Origin: Dickeya dadantii NCPPB 898
GTDB lineage: Bacteria > Pseudomonadota > Gammaproteobacteria > Enterobacterales > Enterobacteriaceae
Assembly (NCBI RefSeq): GCF_000406145.1
Contig: NZ_CM001976.1
Location: forward strand, 4,485,175 to 4,517,174
Reading direction: 5' to 3'
DNA length: 32,000 bases
The translations under genes were made by a program, and so were the position numbers. Position 1 is the stretch's first letter, and each line of letters begins with the position of its first letter. The notes beneath the pieces are model-generated. The model searched no databases. It had not been told where the DNA came from and saw only the letters and a list, made by a program, of their open reading frames with translations. Shown one piece after another: positions 9,106 through 19,653 of this stretch.

Positions 9106-9110
9106 CGTCT

Positions 9111-11135
9111 TCACTCTTTATCTCTGGCCTTTGCCAGTTGAGCGCGCAAATTAGCCAGATGGTTTTGCCCTTTCTGCATCCGCTCCTGTGGGCTGGCGAC
9201 CTTGCGTTCGGTTTCCCACATCACATCATCCTGCGGCAGCTCCAGCAGAAAGCGGCTCGGCTCCGGGCGAATCAACTCACCGTACTGCCGCCGCTCGCGG
9301 CATAGGGTGAAGGTCAGCTCTTTCTGCGCGCGGGTAATGCCCACATAAGCCAGACGCCGTTCCTCATCGACATTATCTTCGTCGATGCTGGTCTGATGCG
9401 GCAGCAGCCCTTCCTCCATCCCCACCAGATATACGTACGGGAACTCCAGCCCCTTGGACGCGTGCAGCGTCATCAATTGCACCTGATCCAGCTCTTCCTC
9501 GGCTTCGTTACGTTCCATCATGTCGCGCAGGGTAAACCGGGTTACCACCTGCGTCAGCGTCATCGGCTCGTCAAGGTCGCTGCCTTCCAACATCTCCGTC
9601 ATCCAGGTAAACAACGTGTTGACGTTTTTCATGCGCATTTCCGCCGCTTTCGGGCTCGGCGAGGTTTCGTACAGCCAGCTTTCGTAATCCAGACCGTGGA
9701 TCAGGTCGCGCACCGCCTTCACCGGCTCTTGCTCCGCCTGTCGGGCTATCTCGCCCATCCACTGGGTGAAGCGCTGCAATGACTCCAGCCCGCGCCCGCT
9801 CAGGGTCTGACTCAGCCCCATGTCGAAGCTGGCGTTGAACAGGCTGCGATTGCGCTGGTTGGCCCACTCGCCCAGCTTTTGCAGTGTCGCCGGCCCGATT
9901 TCGCGCTTCGGCGTATTCACGACGCGCAGAAACGCGCTGTCGTCTTCCGGGTTAGTCAGCACGCGCAAATAAGCCAGCAAATCTTTGATTTCCGGGCGGG
10001 AGAAAAACGACGTGCCGCCGGAAATGCGATAAGGGATGCGGTTTTGCATCAGTACTTTTTCAAACAACCGTGACTGATGGTTGCCGCGATAAAGAATCGC
10101 GTAGTCGCCGTACTGGGTTTTTCGGATGAAGTGATGGGCAATCAGCTCCCCCACCACCCGCTCGGCCTCGTGGTCTTCGTTATTGGCGGTGATGATTTTC
10201 AGCTCTTCGCCATAGCCCAGCTCGGAATAAAGCCGCTTTTCGAATACGTGCGGGTTGTTGGCGATCAAAATATTGGCGGCCTTGAGAATACGGCCGGACG
10301 AGCGGTAATTCTGCTCCAGCTTGATCACCTGCAACTGCGGAAAATCCTGCTGCAACAGCGACAGGTTCTGTGGGCGAGCGCCACGCCAGGAGTAAATCGA
10401 CTGGTCGTCGTCACCCACCACGGTAAAACGCGCCCGGCTGCCCACCAGCAGTTTTACCAGTTCATACTGACTGGTGTTGGTGTCCTGATATTCGTCCACC
10501 AGCAGATAGCGCAGGCGGTTCTGCCAGCGCTCACGCACCTCTTCATTGCGTTTGAGCAACAACGTCGGCAATAGGATCAGGTCATCAAAGTCCAGTACGT
10601 TGCAGGCACGCAGATGCTCGTCATACAGGCGGTAGCAATGCGCGAACAGCCGGTCCCGTTCCGAGCGCGCCAGCGCCGCCGCCTGTGCCGGGTCAATCAG
10701 GTCGTTTTTCCAGTTGGACAGGGCGGACACCAGCTGTTGCAGCAAATCTTTGTCATTCTGTAGCCATAGCTCGGTCAGCTCTTTCAGCAGCGCCAGCTGA
10801 TCCTGATCGTCAAACAACGAAAAATTGGACTTCATGCCCAGCGCCGCGTATTCGCGCTTGATGATCTCCAGCCCCAGCGTATGGAAAGTGGCGATCAGCA
10901 GACCGCGAGTTTCCTGACGTCCCAGCGTCTGCGCCACACGCTCTTTCATCTCTCGCGCGGCCTTGTTGGTGAAGGTCACCGCGGCGATATGGCGCGCCTG
11001 ATAACCGCAGCCACGGATCAGGTGGGCGATTTTCTGGGTAATCACTCGGGTTTTGCCGGATCCCGCCCCGGCCAGCACCAGACAGGGACCGGTCACAAAT
11101 TCAACGGCGTGTTGTTGGCTGGGATTCATGCGCAT
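9111..11135 (-). CDS. rep: ATP-dependent DNA helicase Rep (UvrD/Rep SF1)
   Basis: 674 aa. It begins [33 protein letters not shown] (Walker A) and contains [10 protein letters not shown], and it is colinear with E. coli Rep (673 aa). Confidence 0.96.
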   Translation of the reverse strand: MRMNPSQQHAVEFVTGPCLVLAGAGSGKTRVITQKIAHLIRGCGYQARHIAAVTFTNKAAREMKERVAQTLGRQETRGLLIATFHTLGLEIIKREYAALGMKSNFSLFDDQDQLALLKELTELWLQNDKDLLQQLVSALSNWKNDLIDPAQAAALARSERDRLFAHCYRLYDEHLRACNVLDFDDLILLPTLLLKRNEEVRERWQNRLRYLLVDEYQDTNTSQYELVKLLVGSRARFTVVGDDDQSIYSWRGARPQNLSLLQQDFPQLQVIKLEQNYRSSGRILKAANILIANNPHVFEKRLYSELGYGEELKIITANNEDHEAERVVGELIAHHFIRKTQYGDYAILYRGNHQSRLFEKVLMQNRIPYRISGGTSFFSRPEIKDLLAYLRVLTNPEDDSAFLRVVNTPKREIGPATLQKLGEWANQRNRSLFNASFDMGLSQTLSGRGLESLQRFTQWMGEIARQAEQEPVKAVRDLIHGLDYESWLYETSPSPKAAEMRMKNVNTLFTWMTEMLEGSDLDEPMTLTQVVTRFTLRDMMERNEAEEELDQVQLMTLHASKGLEFPYVYLVGMEEGLLPHQTSIDEDNVDEERRLAYVGITRAQKELTFTLCRERRQYGELIRPEPSRFLLELPQDDVMWETERKVASPQERMQKGQNHLANLRAQLAKARDKE

Positions 11136-11319
11136 GGTGTTTCGTGCTCGACGTTCAAACGAAAATGGATTTTAACAGAAGAGGATTGTAGCAAAAGTCA
11201 GGGCCAGGGCGAGGATCCGTTAACCCGCTTCTGAACGCGCCCCGCATTTCCTTTCCTGATGAGGCGGTGCTAGGCTGTGCCTTGCAACATCGGCTTTCCC
11301 TTTGCTCAAGGAGCGTACT

Positions 11320-11601
11320 ATGGCAAATACCGCGGCAGCATTGCACATTCTGGTGGATACCGAACAACAGGCCACCGATATTCTGGCTCAACTGGAGAAG
11401 GGAGCGGATTTTCAGCAGTTAGCAAAAAAACATTCGACCTGCCCGTCAAAGCACAACGGCGGCGATTTGGGAGAATTCCGTAAAGGCGACATGGTGCCGG
11501 ATTTTGATAAAGCGGTGTTTTCCTGCGAACTGCTCAAACCCTTCGGCCCGGTAAAAACCCAGTTCGGCTACCACATCATCAAGGTGCTGTACCGTAACTA
11601 A
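11320..11601 (+). CDS. ppiC: peptidyl-prolyl cis-trans isomerase C (parvulin)
   Basis: 93 aa from ATG 11320, with SD AAGGAG at 11308-11313. [12 protein letters not shown]...[23 protein letters not shown]...[14 protein letters not shown] matches E. coli PpiC. The TTG at 11302 in the ORF track is an upstream extension. Confidence 0.93.
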   Translation: MANTAAALHILVDTEQQATDILAQLEKGADFQQLAKKHSTCPSKHNGGDLGEFRKGDMVPDFDKAVFSCELLKPFGPVKTQFGYHIIKVLYRN

Positions 11602-11607
11602 CTGGGC

Positions 11608-11629
11608 AGAGGCGGCGCATGCCGCCTCT
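11608..11629. terminator. hairpin between convergent ppiC and putA
   Basis: AGAGGCGGC-GCAT-GCCGCCTCT is a perfect 9-bp stem. The U-tract is poor on both strands. Confidence 0.5.
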
Positions 11630-11641
11630 TCATACATCCTA

Positions 11642-14600
11642 TTATCCAATCGTCATCAGGCTGGCGTTACCGCCGGCCGCCGCGGTATTGATACTGAGCG
11701 ATCGCTCAATCAATAGCCGCTCCAGCACGATGTCGGTTTCCCCGCGGGACAACCCCTGCACGCCGACAATCGCGCCGGCGCGCTGCGCCAGCTGTTCGCT
11801 CAGGTGGCGCAACCGATCGGCGTCGCCATGAAAAATCACCGCATCAAACCGGCTGTCGTCAGTCAACCCGTCACGGCAAAACGCCACCCGCGCCTGCACG
11901 GCCTCGGGCAGTTGCCGATACAACGTCTGCCGTTCGGACGCCTCGACCCACAGCGCCCGGCTGCCTGCCGCCAACACCGCCGCCAGTTGCACCAGCGAGT
12001 CATCGTCGTTGTCCGCCACGCACAGCACCTGCTCACGCGGCAGCAGCGTATAGGTATCGCGCTCGCCGGTGGGGCCGGGCAACACCCGAACTGTACCGCT
12101 TTGCGTCAGCTCGGCATAACGCCGGCAGCATGAAACCAGCTCGTCACGCTGAACCTGCCGCGCCCACGACTCCAGCGCCTGCAATCCGGTCAGCAGCGGC
12201 TGACGGGCGGCGACATCCACCGGCCGCTCGCTGTCCTGACGGGCCAGCGCCCGTGTCGTCGCATCATCCGGACGGTGCGACAGCAGCCGACAGAGATAGA
12301 GCGGCCCGCCCGCTTTGGGTCCGGTGCCGGACAGCCCTTCGCCGCCGAACGGCTGCGCGCCGACCACCGCCCCGACCATATTGCGGTTCACATACAGGTT
12401 GCCCACCTTCGCCTGACTGGTTACCCGGGTAATCGTCTCGTCAATACGGGTATGCAGGCCAAGCGTAAGCCCATAACCGGCGGCGTTGATGTGCCCAATT
12501 AGCGCATCCAGTTGACTACGGGAGTAACGCACCACATGCAGCACCGGGCCGAACACTTCCTGCCGCAGCTCCTCTACGCTTTCCAGTTCGATCAACGTCG
12601 GCGCGATGAAATGCCCGCGCGCCCACTCTTGCTCGTCCTGACTGTTCGGCCACGCCGCCTGAAATACCGGCCGTCCCTTCGCGCGCAGAGTCTGAATGTG
12701 GCGTTCAATCCGCTGTTTCGCTTCGGCGTCAATCAATGGCCCGATGTCGGTGGAAAGCCGCTCCGGGTTGCCCATGCGGCACTCCGCCATCGCACCGCGC
12801 AGCATCGCCAGCGTTTTCTCCGCCACCTCTTCCTGCACGCACAACAACCGCAGGGCGGAGCAGCGTTGACCGGCGCTGTCGAACGCCGAGGCCACCACAT
12901 CCGTCACCACTTGCTCGGTAAGCGCCGAAGAATCGACAATCATCGCGTTTATGCCGCCGGTTTCGGCGATAAGCGGCGTGGTGCGCCCCTGCGGGTCAAG
13001 TCGACCGGCCAGTGTACGCTGCAACTGCGCGGCGACGGCGGTGGAGCCGGTAAACATCACCCCGCGCACCCGGTCGTCGCTCACCAACGCCGCGCCGACG
13101 GTTTCACCCGCACCCGGCAACAATTGCAGCGCACCGGCAGGCACCCCAGCCTCATGCAGAATCTGCACCGCCTGAGCGGCAATCAACGGGGTCTGTTCCG
13201 CCGGTTTAGCCAGCACGCTGTTGCCGGCCGCCAGCGCCGCCGCTATCTGGCCGGTGAAAATCGCCAGTGGAAAATTCCACGGGCTGATACACACCACCGG
13301 ACCCAACGGGCGGTAGTCATGATTATTGAAGGTTTCGCTGACCTGAACGGCGTAGTAACGCAGGAAATCCACCGCTTCGCGCACTTCCGCAACCGCGTTC
13401 GCCAGCGTCTTGCCCGCCTCGCGCACCAGCAATCCCAACAGGTGCTGTTGCCGATTTTCCAGCAGATCGGCGGCGCGCGACAGAATCGCCGCCCGCTCGG
13501 TAGCCGGCGTGGCGAACCAGATGTCGCCAGCGCTGACGGCCTGTTCCAGCGCCAGCACGATATCCTGCGGCTGCGCCTCGCGCACATACCCCACCACATC
13601 GCGCGGTTCAGCCGGATTGACCACCGGGCGGCTGTCGTCACCGGTATCGTCTTCATTTACTTCTTCCACCGCCAGCATCGGTTGCGCCTGCCACGGCCGG
13701 GCAGCGCTGGTCAGTAATGCGCTGGACAGCGACGCCAGCCGGTGCTCGCTGGACAAATCCAGCCCGCTGGCATTACGCCGCGTTTTTCCATACAACGCGC
13801 GCGGCAGGGGAATGCGCGGATGCGGTTGCCCGACCAACCCTTCACGCGCCGCCAGCGCTTCCGTTTCACTTACCGGGTCAGCCACCAACGTTTCCAGCGC
13901 CACCGACGGGTCGGCAATCCGGTTGACAAACGAGGTGTTGGCGCCGTTTTCCAGCAACCGGCGTACCAGATAAGCCAGCAGCGTTTCATGGGTGCCGACC
14001 GGCGCGTAAATCCGGCACGGGCGGTTCAGTTTGCCATCCGCCACTTTGCCCACCACCCGCTCATACAGGGGTTCGCCCATGCCGTGCAGGCACTGGAATT
14101 CATACTGCCCCGGATAGTAGTTATTACCCGCCAGATGGTAGATCGCGCTGAGCGTATGGGCGTTATGGGTGGCGAACTGCGGATAGATCAGGTTCGGCGC
14201 CGCCAGCAGGCGGCGGGCGCAGGCCAGATAGGAAACATCGGTGTACAGCTTGCGGGTGTATACCGGATAGCCTTCCAGCCCGTCCATTTGGGCGCGCTTG
14301 ATTTCGCTATCCCAGTAGGCGCCTTTAACCAGCCGAATCATCAGCCGCCGCTGGCTGCGGCGCGCCAGATCGATCAGCGCGTCAATCACCAACGGACAGC
14401 GTTTCTGATAAGCCTGAATCACAAAACCGATGCCGTTCCACCCCGCCAGCCGGGGTTCGAAACACAGGCGCTCCAGTAAGTCGAGGGACAGTTCCAGCCG
14501 GTCGGCTTCTTCGGCATCGATGTTTATGCCGATATCGTATTGCCGCGCCAGCAGCGTCAGCGACAGCAGGCGCGGATACAGCTCGTCCATCACCCGTTCG

Positions 14601-15631
14601 TACTGCGCCCGACCGTAGCGAGGATGCAGCGCCGACAGTTTGATGGAAATACCCGGTCCTTCATAAATACCGCGTCCGCCGGCGGCTTTGCCGATGGCGT
14701 GAATCGCCTGCTGGTAGGAGAGCAGGTAAGCCTCGGCGTCATCGCCGGTCAGCGCCGCCTCGCCCAGCATATCGTAGGAATAACGGAAACCACGTTCTTC
14801 CAGCTTGCGGGCATTCGCCAGCGCCTCGGCGATGGTTTCCCCAGTCACGAACTGCTCGCCCATCAGCCGCATCGCCATGTCCACGCCCTTACGCACCAGC
14901 GGCTCGCCGCTTTTGCTGATGATACGGTTGAGCGCGCCGGACAGATGGGATTCGTTGTGAGTGGCAACCAGCTTACCGGTGACCAGCAATCCCCAGGCGG
15001 CGGCGTTGACGAACAACGAGGCGCTGCGCCCGACGTGCGACTGCCAGTTGCCGGTACTGATTTTGTCGCGGATCAACGCATCCCGCGTGGGTTTGTCCGG
15101 GATGCGCAGCAGCGCTTCCGCCAGACACATTAATGCCACGCCTTCCTGCGACGACAACGAAAACTCCTGCAACAGGCTTTGCACCATGCCGGCACGCCCG
15201 CCGCTGTTTTTCTGTCCGCGTAATTTCTCCGCCAGCCCTGCCGCCAGCATGCTGGCGGCGTGCGACATCGCCTCCGGCATACGCGCCTGTTCCAACAGCA
15301 TCGGCACCATTTCCGTCTCCGGCCGCCGGTACGCGGCGGTGATCGCCGAGCGCAACACCGACTGCGGCAACACCTGTTCAGCGAAGTCCAAAAACGGTTG
15401 ATGGGTTTCTTCTTGTGGCGATTGCGGCATAATCTCTGCCGCCTCAATCGGGTCCTGCCCGGCCGGATGGGGAATTTCAGGGGTGTCCGCACCACTTTCA
15501 AGGCGTTCAAGATAGCTGAAAATGGCCTGTTTAATCAGCCAGTGCGGCGTGCGATCAATGCGCAGCGCCGCGGCTTTGAGCCGCTCGCGCGTGGCCTCAT
15601 CGAGCTTGACGCCCATGGTGGTGGTGCCCAT
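11642..15631 (-). CDS. putA: trifunctional PutA: transcriptional repressor / proline dehydrogenase / 1-pyrroline-5-carboxylate dehydrogenase
   Basis: 1329 aa from ATG 15631, with SD AGGAG 5 nt upstream. [19 protein letters not shown]...[16 protein letters not shown] is the ribbon-helix-helix domain. The protein is colinear with E. coli PutA through to the C-terminus [15 protein letters not shown]. The ORF-track start at 15685 adds 18 codons absent from E. coli. Confidence 0.95.
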   Translation of the reverse strand: MGTTTMGVKLDEATRERLKAAALRIDRTPHWLIKQAIFSYLERLESGADTPEIPHPAGQDPIEAAEIMPQSPQEETHQPFLDFAEQVLPQSVLRSAITAAYRRPETEMVPMLLEQARMPEAMSHAASMLAAGLAEKLRGQKNSGGRAGMVQSLLQEFSLSSQEGVALMCLAEALLRIPDKPTRDALIRDKISTGNWQSHVGRSASLFVNAAAWGLLVTGKLVATHNESHLSGALNRIISKSGEPLVRKGVDMAMRLMGEQFVTGETIAEALANARKLEERGFRYSYDMLGEAALTGDDAEAYLLSYQQAIHAIGKAAGGRGIYEGPGISIKLSALHPRYGRAQYERVMDELYPRLLSLTLLARQYDIGINIDAEEADRLELSLDLLERLCFEPRLAGWNGIGFVIQAYQKRCPLVIDALIDLARRSQRRLMIRLVKGAYWDSEIKRAQMDGLEGYPVYTRKLYTDVSYLACARRLLAAPNLIYPQFATHNAHTLSAIYHLAGNNYYPGQYEFQCLHGMGEPLYERVVGKVADGKLNRPCRIYAPVGTHETLLAYLVRRLLENGANTSFVNRIADPSVALETLVADPVSETEALAAREGLVGQPHPRIPLPRALYGKTRRNASGLDLSSEHRLASLSSALLTSAARPWQAQPMLAVEEVNEDDTGDDSRPVVNPAEPRDVVGYVREAQPQDIVLALEQAVSAGDIWFATPATERAAILSRAADLLENRQQHLLGLLVREAGKTLANAVAEVREAVDFLRYYAVQVSETFNNHDYRPLGPVVCISPWNFPLAIFTGQIAAALAAGNSVLAKPAEQTPLIAAQAVQILHEAGVPAGALQLLPGAGETVGAALVSDDRVRGVMFTGSTAVAAQLQRTLAGRLDPQGRTTPLIAETGGINAMIVDSSALTEQVVTDVVASAFDSAGQRCSALRLLCVQEEVAEKTLAMLRGAMAECRMGNPERLSTDIGPLIDAEAKQRIERHIQTLRAKGRPVFQAAWPNSQDEQEWARGHFIAPTLIELESVEELRQEVFGPVLHVVRYSRSQLDALIGHINAAGYGLTLGLHTRIDETITRVTSQAKVGNLYVNRNMVGAVVGAQPFGGEGLSGTGPKAGGPLYLCRLLSHRPDDATTRALARQDSERPVDVAARQPLLTGLQALESWARQVQRDELVSCCRRYAELTQSGTVRVLPGPTGERDTYTLLPREQVLCVADNDDDSLVQLAAVLAAGSRALWVEASERQTLYRQLPEAVQARVAFCRDGLTDDSRFDAVIFHGDADRLRHLSEQLAQRAGAIVGVQGLSRGETDIVLERLLIERSLSINTAAAGGNASLMTIG

Positions 15632-15685
15632 ATCCGCTCCTGTTATAAGAAAGTTGTGTTGGCAAGCAGAATCACTATCGGACAT

Positions 15686-15715
15686 GTTGCAACTTTGTGC
15701 AACCTTGTTAACAAG
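15686..15715. promoter_or_regulatory. PutA operator motifs plus an adjacent 12-bp palindrome in the put control region
   Basis: GTTGCAAC at 15686-15693 carries GTTGCA on both strands, and TGCAAC occurs at 15698-15703. The perfect palindrome CTTGTTAACAAG lies at 15704-15715. Confidence 0.6.
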
Positions 15716-15821
15716 TTACGTTTTTTACTGTATTACTGCCCGTTTTTCTGATCGGACGACCGGTTAGCCCGGCGATGCCGCGAGGTTTTCCTTTGCGTTT
15801 GTCCGGCCGTCAGATGAAAGG

Positions 15822-15827
15822 TGCAAC
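15822..15827. promoter_or_regulatory. additional PutA operator hexamer (TGCAAC)
   Basis: GGTGCAACC lies 85 nt upstream of the putP start. An imperfect TAGCAAC follows 4 nt later. Confidence 0.45.
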
Positions 15828-15911
15828 CTGGTAGCAACGACATCGAATCCGCGACCGCTCTGAGCTTGCCGGAGCGCAGGACTGACGGATCTCATCATAA
15901 TGGAGAACACA

Positions 15912-17411
15912 ATGACGACGATGAGCACACCCTTGCTGGTCACCTTTCTGGTGTACATCTTCGGGATGGTGTTGATCGGCCTGATGGCCTATCGCGCCAC
16001 CAATAACTTTGGCGACTATATTCTGGGCGGCCGCCGCATGGGGAGCGTGGTCACCGCGCTGTCCGCCGGCGCGTCCGACATGAGCGGCTGGCTGCTGATG
16101 GGGCTGCCGGGTGCGGTGTTTTTGTCCGGCATTTCCGAAAGCTGGATCGCCATCGGCCTGACCATCGGCGCCTATCTGAACTGGACCTGGGTGGCCGGGC
16201 GCCTGCGGGTGCACACCGAGGTCAACCATAACGCCCTGACGCTGCCGGATTATTTCAGCCATCGCTTTGAAGACAAAAGCAAATTGTTGCGGGTGATTTC
16301 GGCGCTGGTGATTCTGGTGTTCTTCACTATTTATTGCGCCTCCGGCATCGTGGCGGGCGCCCGGCTGTTCGAAAGCACCTTCGGCATGAGCTACGATACC
16401 GCACTGTGGGCCGGTGCCGCCGCCACCATCGCCTACACCTTTATCGGCGGCTATCTGGCGGTCAGTTGGACCGACACCGTGCAGGCCAGCCTGATGATTT
16501 TCGCGCTGATCCTGACGCCGGTCATCGTCATTCTGTCGGTAGGCGGCATCACCCCCTCGCTGGCGGTGATCGAAGGCAAAAGCCCGGCTAATCTGGATAT
16601 GTTCAAAGGGCTGGACACCATCGCCATCCTGTCGTTGCTGGGCTGGGGGTTGGGCTACTTCGGTCAGCCGCATATTCTGGCGCGGTTCATGGCGGCGGAC
16701 TCACACCACACCATCCGCAGCGCCCGTCGTATCAGCATGACCTGGATGGTGCTCTGTCTGGCGGGCGCCGTTACCGTCGGGTTCTTCGGCATCGCCTATT
16801 TCACCGGCAATCCTGACCAGGCAGGCAACGTCAGTCAGAACGGCGAACGGGTATTCATCGAACTGGCACGCCTGCTGTTTAACCCGTGGATCGCCGGCGT
16901 GCTGCTGTCGGCCATCCTGGCTGCGGTGATGAGTACGCTCAGTTGCCAGTTGCTGGTGTGCTCCAGCGCCATCACCGAAGATTTGTACAAACCGTTTCTG
17001 CGCAAAAACGCCAGCCAGAAAGAACTGGTGTGGGTCGGCCGTGCCATGGTGCTGTTGGTATCGGTCATCGCGATTGCGCTGGCGGTGAACCCGGAAAACC
17101 GGGTGCTGGGGCTGGTCAGTTACGCCTGGGCCGGCTTCGGCGCCGCGTTCGGTCCAGTGATTCTGATTTCCCTGCTGTGGCCGCGGATGACCCGCAACGG
17201 CGCGCTGGTCGGTATGCTGGTCGGCGCCGCCACGGTAATTATCTGGAAACAGTACGGCTGGCTGAATCTGTATGAAATCATCCCCGGTTTCCTGCTGTCC
17301 TGCGCCGCGATTGTGGTGGTCAGCCTGCTGGGCCGCGCCCCCTCCGCCACCGTGACCGAGCGTTTCCATCAGGCCGAGCGGGAGTTTAAATCCGCGCCGG
17401 CGGATGCCTGA
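15912..17411 (+). CDS. putP: sodium/proline symporter PutP (SSS family)
   Basis: MTTMSTPLLVTFLVYIFGMVLIG...SAGASDMSGWLLMGLPGAVFLSGISESWIAIGL matches E. coli PutP throughout. I chose ATG 15912 because GGAG at 15902-15905 gives a 6-nt spacer. ATG 15900 and ATG 15921 are alternatives. Confidence 0.93.
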   Translation: MTTMSTPLLVTFLVYIFGMVLIGLMAYRATNNFGDYILGGRRMGSVVTALSAGASDMSGWLLMGLPGAVFLSGISESWIAIGLTIGAYLNWTWVAGRLRVHTEVNHNALTLPDYFSHRFEDKSKLLRVISALVILVFFTIYCASGIVAGARLFESTFGMSYDTALWAGAAATIAYTFIGGYLAVSWTDTVQASLMIFALILTPVIVILSVGGITPSLAVIEGKSPANLDMFKGLDTIAILSLLGWGLGYFGQPHILARFMAADSHHTIRSARRISMTWMVLCLAGAVTVGFFGIAYFTGNPDQAGNVSQNGERVFIELARLLFNPWIAGVLLSAILAAVMSTLSCQLLVCSSAITEDLYKPFLRKNASQKELVWVGRAMVLLVSVIAIALAVNPENRVLGLVSYAWAGFGAAFGPVILISLLWPRMTRNGALVGMLVGAATVIIWKQYGWLNLYEIIPGFLLSCAAIVVVSLLGRAPSATVTERFHQAEREFKSAPADA

Positions 17412-17414
17412 TCA

Positions 17415-17494
17415 CCAGATAACGACATACCCAGATAACAATATTTCCAGATAACAACATACCCAGATAACAACATCCCCAGATAATAATAAGG
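17415..17494 (+). repeat. five head-to-tail 16-bp repeats (CCAGATAAC-core) in the putP 3'UTR
   Basis: The units are CCAGATAACGACATAC, CCAGATAACAATATTT, CCAGATAACAACATAC, CCAGATAACAACATCC and CCAGATAATAATAAGG. They start at 17415, 17431, 17447, 17463 and 17479. The last unit runs into the terminator stem. Confidence 0.95.
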
Positions 17495-17512
17495 CCCGAA
17501 TCATCGGGCCTT
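17491..17512. terminator. hairpin between convergent putP and the 133-aa ORF
   Basis: AAGGCCCGA-ATCA-TCGGGCCTT is a perfect 9-bp stem followed by ATTAT on the + strand. Confidence 0.6.
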
Positions 17513-17513
17513 A

Positions 17514-17915
17514 TTATGGGTGAGTCACGGTAATGCGGGTTTTCAATGTTTCATAATCACCATGAAGGCGGATGCGGTTATCCAGTCGGTACACATCGCC
17601 GGTCACGTTAATCACCAGCACGCCATCCTGCATACGGATATCCGCGTCGCGGCTGTTAGTCTTGAGCACATCCACCGCTTCCCCGCCGTTCACGCTGACG
17701 GTATACCGATAGACAAATCCCACCGTTGCCCCGCCACTTTCGAGCTGGAGAACATTTACCGTGACGTTATCCTCAAGCCGGTATTGCCGCACCAGGCGGT
17801 AATCATCGTCCGACCAATAGAAAAAGGCCAAAAGCATCACGAACAAAGCGGCAACAGCGCCCGTCAGCCGCGGCGACGAGAAGGAAAACGCCTTACTCAC
17901 CTTTATTTCCTGCAT
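17514..17915 (-). CDS. hypothetical single-pass membrane protein (133 aa)
   Basis: ATG start. The N-terminal hydrophobic segment LTGAVAALFVMLLAFFYW is followed by a domain that looks beta-rich. Third codon positions are GC-rich, like the neighbouring genes. The overlapping + strand ORF (17520-17993) looks like a shadow ORF. I recognise no family. Confidence 0.6.
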   Translation of the reverse strand: MQEIKVSKAFSFSSPRLTGAVAALFVMLLAFFYWSDDDYRLVRQYRLEDNVTVNVLQLESGGATVGFVYRYTVSVNGGEAVDVLKTNSRDADIRMQDGVLVINVTGDVYRLDNRIRLHGDYETLKTRITVTHP

Positions 17916-17948
17916 CGCTCATCCATGCCCTATGTGGCTGATAGATTC

Positions 17949-17978
17949 AAAAAAAACGGGGCGCAATCGGCGCCCCGT
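17949..17978 (-). terminator. rho-independent terminator of ilvC
   Basis: On the - strand, ACGGGGCGC-CGATT-GCGCCCCGT (9-bp stem) is followed by TTTTTTTT, 28 nt after the ilvC stop. Confidence 0.85.
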
Positions 17979-18005
17979 TCTAATATGCGATAAGTTCTAC
18001 TGGCC

Positions 18006-19484
18006 TTAGCCAGCGACCGCAATGCGTTTCATGTCGGTCATGTAGCCGCGCAGCTTCTTACCGATGACTTCGATCGGGTGGTTGCGGATAGCGTCGTTTA
18101 CGTCACGCAGTTGCGCGTTATCCACGCCGGTCGCTGCTACCGGTTTGCCCAGGTCGCCCGGCTGCAGGCTGTCCATGAACGCGCCTTTCAGCAGCGGAAC
18201 AGCGGCGTTGGCGAACAGGTAGTTGCCGTATTCAGCGGTATCGGAGATCACCACGTTCATTTCATACAGACGCTTACGGGCGATGGTGTTGGCGATCAGC
18301 GGCAGTTCGTGCAGCGACTCGTAGTAGGCGGACTCTTCGATGATGCCGGAGCTGACCATGGTTTCGAACGCCAGTTCCACGCCGGCTTTCACCATCGCGA
18401 TCATCAGTACGCCGTGATCGAAGTACTCCTGCTCGGCGATTTTGCCTTCAAACTGCGACGCGTTTTCAAACGCGGTTTTACCGGTTTCTTCACGCCAGGT
18501 CAGCAGTTTCACATCGTCATTAGCCCAGTCGGCCATCATGCCGCTGGAGAACGCGCCGGAGATGATGTCGTCCATGTGTTTCTGGAACAACGGCGCCATA
18601 ATACCTTTCAGCTGTTCAGACAGGGCGAAAGCGCGCAGTTTAGCCGGGTTGGACAGCCGGTCCAGCATCAGGGTGATGCCGCCCTGCTTCAGGGCTTCGG
18701 TGATGGTTTCCCAGCCGAACTGAATCAGTTTTTCCGCGTAAGCCGGGTCAGTGCCTTCCGCGACCAGCTTATCGAAGCTCAGCAGCGAACCGGCCTGCAA
18801 CATGCCGCACAGAATGGTCTGCTCGCCCATCAGGTCGGATTTCACTTCCGCCACGAAAGACGACTCCAGCACGCCCGCACGGTGACCGCCGGTTGCGGCA
18901 GCCCAGGCTTTGGCGATCGCCATGCCTTCGCCTTTCGGGTCGTTTTCCGGGTGAACGGCGATCAGCGTCGGCACGCCGAAACCACGTTTGTATTCTTCAC
19001 GCACTTCGGTGCCCGGGCACTTCGGCGCCACCATCACTACGGTGAGGTCTTTACGCACCTGCTCGCCCACTTCAACGATGTTGAAGCCGTGGGAGTAACC
19101 CAGCGCCGCGCCCTGTTTCATCAGCGGCTGTACCGCCTGCACTACGGCGGAGTGCTGTTTGTCCGGCGTCAGGTTAACCACCAGGTCCGCCTGCGGGATC
19201 AGCTCTTCATAAGTGCCGACTTTAAAGCCGTTTTCAGTCGCTTTACGCCATGACGCGCGTTTTTCGGCGATGGCTTCGGCACGCAGGGCGTAGGCGATAT
19301 CCAGACCGGAATCGCGCATGTTCAGACCCTGGTTCAGCCCCTGAGCGCCACACCCTACGATGACCACTTTTTTGCCTTTCAGGTAGCTGGCTTCGTCGGC
19401 GAATTCATCGCGGCCCATAAAACGGCACTTGCCCAGTTGCGCCAGCTGCTGACGCAGGTTCAGTGTATTGAAGTAATTGGCCAT
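18006..19484 (-). CDS. ilvC: ketol-acid reductoisomerase (NADP+)
   Basis: 492 aa. [30 protein letters not shown]...[13 protein letters not shown] is nearly identical to E. coli IlvC. Confidence 0.97.
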   Translation of the reverse strand: MANYFNTLNLRQQLAQLGKCRFMGRDEFADEASYLKGKKVVIVGCGAQGLNQGLNMRDSGLDIAYALRAEAIAEKRASWRKATENGFKVGTYEELIPQADLVVNLTPDKQHSAVVQAVQPLMKQGAALGYSHGFNIVEVGEQVRKDLTVVMVAPKCPGTEVREEYKRGFGVPTLIAVHPENDPKGEGMAIAKAWAAATGGHRAGVLESSFVAEVKSDLMGEQTILCGMLQAGSLLSFDKLVAEGTDPAYAEKLIQFGWETITEALKQGGITLMLDRLSNPAKLRAFALSEQLKGIMAPLFQKHMDDIISGAFSSGMMADWANDDVKLLTWREETGKTAFENASQFEGKIAEQEYFDHGVLMIAMVKAGVELAFETMVSSGIIEESAYYESLHELPLIANTIARKRLYEMNVVISDTAEYGNYLFANAAVPLLKGAFMDSLQPGDLGKPVAATGVDNAQLRDVNDAIRNHPIEVIGKKLRGYMTDMKRIAVAG

Positions 19485-19616
19485 GAGGCGTGCTCCATCT
19501 GATATTGTGTTTGCGTTTGCTTTATGTTCGGGACAGCGGTAACCACCGCCATCAGAATGTCATTATGATATGACAGGAAATACATTGCTTAAATTGATAT
19601 ATTAACAACGTCACAT

Positions 19617-19629
19617 TGCAAGAATTGCA
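19617..19629. promoter_or_regulatory. LysR-type T-N11-A dyad, candidate IlvY operator in the ilvY-ilvC divergent region
   Basis: TGCAA-GAA-TTGCA is a perfect inverted repeat of the form T-N11-A, 25 nt upstream of the ilvY ATG. Confidence 0.45.
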
Positions 19630-19653
19630 ACATAAAAACGAGACACTGCGCGC

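Noticed and set aside
2636-9110. peh cluster as a mobile genomic island
   Set aside because: It has no integrase, transposase or tRNA and no terminal inverted repeats. The internal direct repeats are explained by tandem duplication that carried along the gppA 3' end.
11136-11319. rep-ppiC divergent intergenic region, examined for small RNAs or repeats
   Set aside because: I saw only ordinary promoter-like AT-rich stretches, with no convincing hairpin-plus-U-tract or repeat.
12512-13717. 401-aa + strand ORF, along with the other + strand ORFs between 11804 and 15751
   Set aside because: All lie antisense to putA. Their compositions are Arg/Pro/His-rich and contain no recognisable motifs.
15632-15685. 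18-codon N-terminal extension of putA (MSDSDSACQHNFLITGAD)
   Set aside because: E. coli PutA starts at MGTTTMGV, and AGGAG lies 5 nt before ATG 15631. The extension would also run through the GTTGCAAC operator.
15810-16673. 287-aa - strand ORF, and the 222-aa ORF at 16701-17369
   Set aside because: Both are antisense to putP. They are Gln/Gly/His/Asp-rich with no membrane or enzymatic features.
17415-17494. Possible CRISPR array
   Set aside because: The 16-bp units are contiguous with no spacers, they are far shorter than CRISPR repeats, and the window contains no cas genes.
18078-19253. 391-aa + strand ORF
   Set aside because: It is antisense to ilvC and is a shadow ORF.
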